NCBI RefSeq assembly: GCF_964204645.1
Contig: NC_134034.1
Coordinates: 1,860,072-1,924,071 of the forward strand
DNA from: Tubulanus polymorphus
Taxonomy: Eukaryota > Animalia > Nemertea
Direction: 5' to 3'
DNA length: 64,000 nt
Positions 59,356 through 64,000 of this stretch are shown in pieces; within the stretch, counting starts at the first letter, position 1, and each line of letters opens with the position of its first letter. The notes beneath the pieces were generated by a model. That model ran no database searches. It saw nothing but the letters and a program-made list of their open reading frames with translations, and was not told the DNA's origin. The position numbers and the translations under genes were made by a program.

Positions 59356-60388
59356 AGCACACGGTATATCTTTAGCTGACTAACGATACCCAGGTGCACA
59401 CAGTATATCAGTAGCTGATTGATGGTAGCCAGGTGCACACGGTATATCAGTAGCTGATCGATGGTAGCCAGGTGCACACGGTATATCAGTAGCTGACTAA
59501 CGATACCCAGGTGCACACGGTATATCAGCAGCTGACTGATGGTAGCCAGGTGCACACGGTATATCAGTAGCTGACTGATGGTAGCCAGGTGCACACGGTA
59601 TATCAGTAGCTGACTAACGATACCCAGGAGCACACGGTATATCAGTAGCTGATTGATGGTAACCAGGTGCACACGGTATATCAGTAGCTGACTGATGGTA
59701 GCCAGGTGCACACGGTATATCAGTAGCTGATTGATGGTAGCCAGGTGCACACGGTATATCAGTAGCTGACTAACGATACCCAGGTGCACACGGTATATCA
59801 GCAGCTGACTGATGGTAGCCAGGTGCACACGGTATATCAGTAGCTGATCGATGGTAGCCAGGTGCACACGGTATATCAGTAGCTGACTAACGATACCCAG
59901 GTGCACACGGTATATCAGCAGCTGACTGATGGTAGCCAGGTGCACACGGTATATCAGTAGCTGACTGATGGTAGCCAGGTGCACACGGTATATCAGTAGC
60001 TGACTAACGATACCCAGGTGCACACGGTATATCAGTAGCTGATTGATGGTAACCAGGTGCACACGGTATATCAGTAGCTGACTGATGGTAGCCAGGTGCA
60101 CACGGTATATCAGTAGCTGATTGATGGTAGCCAGGTGCACACGGTATATCAGTAGCTGACTAACGATACCCAGGTGCACACGGTATATCAGCAGCTGACT
60201 CATGGTAGCCAGGTGCACACGGTATATCAGCAGCTGACTCATGGTAGCCAGGTGCACACGGTATATCACCAGCTGACTCATGGTAGCCAGGTGCACACGG
60301 TATATCACCAGCTGACTCATGGTAGCCAGGTGCACACGGTATATCACCAGCTGACTGATGGTAGCCAGGTGCACACGGTAGCTGACTA
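59356..60388. repeat. 39-bp minisatellite (CAGGTGCACACGGTATATCAGTAGCTGACTGATGGTAGC), ~26 copies
   Basis: The period is a multiple of 3, giving the artefactual 419-aa VHLATISQLLIYR ORF. Confidence 0.95.
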
Positions 60389-61439
60389 ATAATAAGGGTA
60401 GCCTAGCATACGTCACTTACAGTTCAGCGCACACGACATCCTACAGCTCACGGTATACCAATGGCTGTCTGAATAATGATAGCCATGTGCACACGGTACA
60501 CGCTATATCCCAACGTGCACACGACATGGCACACCGGCTCATAAACTCGTATACCAGACAAGCAAGATGTTGAGCAACAATTGCCGGCTCATAAAAAATC
60601 TTTAACAAAACTTCCGAAATAAATCTATTATTTCTATCTATTCGTCCTTGACCGCTAATGGCAGACGATCGGCGATTCTTATAACAAAATTTGAAAAATA
60701 TCGATTTCAATCAATTTTCGGGATCAAATTCGATTTCGATCAAATCTATCACGTTGAAAACACTCAATATTCGACATCCGCCTTTCAACGCGCTCTTTAT
60801 ATTCTGTGTATCGATGAAAATTCACACGCCGCAAAAATATCTCACAAAAAAAAAGTGAGAAAAAAAAAACCCAAATAATTATTGTATACGATATTTCTGC
60901 ATTGATCATGCAACAACACTGAGATTTTATATAAAGTTGTCAACACATTTAAAAAGTTTTGCATTATTTTCATTTAACAACGTTTCGTCCCCCAAACTTC
61001 GAGGAGGAGCCCTTCGTTCCGCGATCGCGAGTTTAGTTCGACGCGATCGAGTTGTTGAAGTACATTCGTTTTCTATTATTTCAACTCTAAAAAGTCGAAT
61101 TCAACTCGCGATTGCGGAACCGGACTTCAATACATAATTTCCGACGAAATTCGAATCGATCTCGATTACTGTGTTGATATGGTTAAATACAAGTTATTTA
61201 TTCTACAACAAATTTTCGTGTGTATTTTCAAAATATTTTCTAAAGCATGCAGACACACCCGTGAACCCTGACTGACTATACAGGCACGAGGTGCTCCTAG
61301 GTAAGTAGTCTGTTCTTAAAGAATTTCCGGCCTATGAATAAATCTTGGTTTTCCTGTACGGAGGTCTAAACTAGGCTGGGCTATTACGACCTAGATCGAT
61401 GGACCGATCGAACCAGGGCACCAGGTCAACGACCACCAG

Positions 61440-61790
61440 GATTAACTCATTGGACCACTTAGTTCTAAGGACCAGTCTCAGTCCTTCTAGACTAGGCCAC
61501 ACTTTCACTAGATCTATGGACTGGTCCTGTAGCCACATATTGATGGAACGGTCCTATTTGACTTATATCTAAAGATCATATAGATCCAAGGACCAGTCCT
61601 AGCTCATCTAAACTGGGTCACATATGTCTAAGGACCAGTCCTAGCTCATCTAAACTGGGTCACAAAGCTCCAAGGACCAGTCCTAGCATATCTAAACTGG
61701 GTCACACAGATCTAAGGACCAGTCCTAGCTCATCTAAACTGGGTCACATAGATCCAAGGACCAGTCCTAGCTTGTCTAAACTGGGCAACT
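61440..61790. repeat. ~42-bp degenerate tandem repeat (AAGGACCAGTCCTAGCTCATCTAAACTGGGTCAC)
   Basis: 5 clear copies plus degenerate ones. Confidence 0.8.
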
Positions 61791-63033
61791 AAGGCCAGAC
61801 CGAGAATCGACAATAGCTAAGGTGCCACAATAATTAAAGTGGTCATGTGATAAATGAAAAACTTTCGTGCCCAACTTTGCCCAAGATATTCTTACATATC
61901 GTAGCAATTAGCGTTTGATGATTCTACACGAAATTCACGTCTATTTCACTACAAAAAACATGGCAAAAATGTATTAAGCGTAAATCATCTAAATCGTCGT
62001 ACAGTAAATCATCTAAATCATCGTACTGTGCTTGCTCGAAACGGTTTTATATAAAAATATAACTGCAGTCTTCTAATCAATTATTCATTAACTAATTAAT
62101 CATATTAATATCGATAAAAGAATCTAATAGCTTTAAACGTTTTATTTCTCTAAAAAACGAATTTTATTGCAAACGTTTTTTTTCTAGAGAACGAACTTTC
62201 GTTGTTTTTTAAACATAATTTTCAATTAATCACCGTTCGTTAACAATCGCTAAGGAGAACTTTAATTAACTAATTTTCAAATTTCTCAGATGAAAAAAAA
62301 ACCTATTTTTCTTTTCAAGGGGAGAGGGAGAAAGTATAGCAAAAACAGTTTCTCTTCGAGACTCGCTCGCCAAGTCTTTCATTCACAGCGTGTCGCTGAA
62401 ATATCGAAACTAAGATGAAAAAAAGAAATCCGCCGAAAACAGGCGGCGACTAGCGTAACAATTGCTTAGATACTGTTGCTATGGTAATGATGGCGGGCAA
62501 ATTCAGAATCGAGGCAATATTTACTCTGAGAAATGTTTGAGTTTTTCAAAAAAAAAGTCCGAGCCGAAACCGTGCGATTCGGATATCCCCGCGACCATCC
62601 ACTAGAGAAAGGGACGACCCAGCCTTGATTTCAATATCCTCGGAGCCAACCACTGAAGGGATGGCTCCATTTTTGGATATTGTTGGAGGCACCCACTAGA
62701 TGATGGGATTAGTCCATAATTTGAATAATCTTTGAGCCACCACCTAGTGAAAGGATTGATTCTGATTGTCATGGCTAAGATATTCCTGGAGCCACCCCCA
62801 TTAGGTACAAGCGTGAAAGCAACAAACATGGTTTTACATCCATCTAAAAAGGGGGAAAAGCCGATAATGTCTTTTCGGGGTTTTGGATTTGGCAACGAGT
62901 AACAACGTTATACAAACTCTGTTTTCTAATTAGTTTTCGTTCATATTAAATTAACTAATTAAACAACATCGTTAACATTTTAATCAATCGATAATTCGTT
63001 TTGTTTATAACGGATTAAAACATTTTGTATACG

Positions 63034-63338
63034 ATGAATACAACCCCCGCCCGGTCCCAGCCCCTGCCCGACCCTCGAGTCCCCACGCGTGGTCCCGCTA
63101 CAAATTCAAATCCTGTCAATAATATAATAAAGCCGCACTTATCAGGTTTCAAAGAACTAAACATTACACGAAAACCGAGCACAGTCCATGGTCCGCGATT
63201 TCAACACAACCGATATTCCGACGTTTTAAATAGTTCGTTAGATGGCGCTTCCCGCAATGTTACAAAACACACAAATTCACGCAATAAAGAGTTAATATTT
63301 GACAACTATCAGCGTCTGTTCAATGACTTCAAATCAGG
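63034..63338 (+). CDS. Possible first coding exon of a gene continuing beyond the window
   Basis: Open frame from ATG 63034 (MNTTPARSQPLPDPRVP...) ending at a strong GG|GTAAGA donor; no recognisable domain and no in-phase downstream exon identified. Confidence 0.25.
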
Positions 63339-63839
63339 GTAAGATTTTCAGATGGATGTTACGAGTAAGGTACCGGGCAATGGGGTACCGGCACCGCTAA
63401 CTGTGGCAATCGACGATTCCGCTAATGGCAGGAGAGGATCCACCAGGTGTCGCTAGTAGTTACCCAGTATTCCGCCTGCAATTTCTTCAATATATCAACC
63501 GAATTCTAATCATTTCTAATAAAACTATTTCTTATAAACCTATTGGGAAAGTCAATCTTATATCTATTCGATGACTTATTTGAGAGCGTTTCCATTTGGG
63601 AGCCTAAAAATCCAGTTCAAAGTTCATCGAAAATTAACTAATTTTCACTACGTATAATTGAGTGTATTGTAGCGCCATCTGGTTTCTGCCGATACCCCAT
63701 TAAAATTTTTGTTTCGCTCACGAAATGTCATTAACGCAGAGATCTGTATTCCGGACTGTCGACGGGATTCAGATGACTGTACTGGATGCTGGACAAGTTA
63801 CCAAACAGACCGATGGTCAAACTATCGACTAGTCACCCA

Positions 63840-64000
63840 ACTGTCAACCGGATACCTGACTGTCAACCAGATACCTGACTGTCAACCGGATACCTGACTG
63901 TCAACCGGATACCTGACTGTCAACCGGATACCTGACTGTCAACCGGATACTTGACTGTCAACCGGATACCTGACTGTCAACCGGATACCTGACTGTCAAC
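63840..64000. repeat. 19-bp minisatellite (CTGTCAACCGGATACCTGA), runs off the window
   Basis: At least 8 copies. Confidence 0.95.

Noticed and set aside
59157-60416. 419-aa ORF of VHLATISQLLIYR repeats
   Set aside because: Translation of a 39-bp minisatellite that happens to lack stops in one frame; no start or splice context.

Overview
Intron-rich, AT-rich invertebrate (animal, probably spiralian) genomic DNA, not prokaryotic; most short ORFs in the track are exon fragments or repeat artefacts. Gene models were built by hand with GT/AG sites and reading phase checked. Left to right: (1) a secreted Gln/Pro/Met-rich protein fused to a laccase-type multicopper-oxidase domain that has lost most copper ligands (+, 846-5655); (2) a variant tRNA-Ala(CGC) ending 29 nt before (3) a paralogous secreted Gln/Gly-rich gene with two candidate alternative terminal exons (+, 7480-9269/10974); (4) an ABCB1/P-glycoprotein-type full transporter (-, 26 coding exons); (5) ABCB6/HMT-1 (-, 14 coding exons, one GC-AG intron, C-terminal His6 run), head-to-head with (6) ACBP/DBI (+); (7) a secreted 14-Cys CX3C-rich peptide (+); (8) CDK5 (+, with a U12-type intron). 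Introns and spacers hold many minisatellites and MITEs. The strongest leads are two related inverted-repeat elements carrying tandem 69-nt minimal hammerhead-ribozyme units (26.5-27.0 kb, 49.4-50.1 kb), the secreted Gln-rich/pseudo-laccase cluster united by a shared signal exon and a short unnamed motif, and a homologous non-coding 5' segment upstream of both ABC transporter genes.
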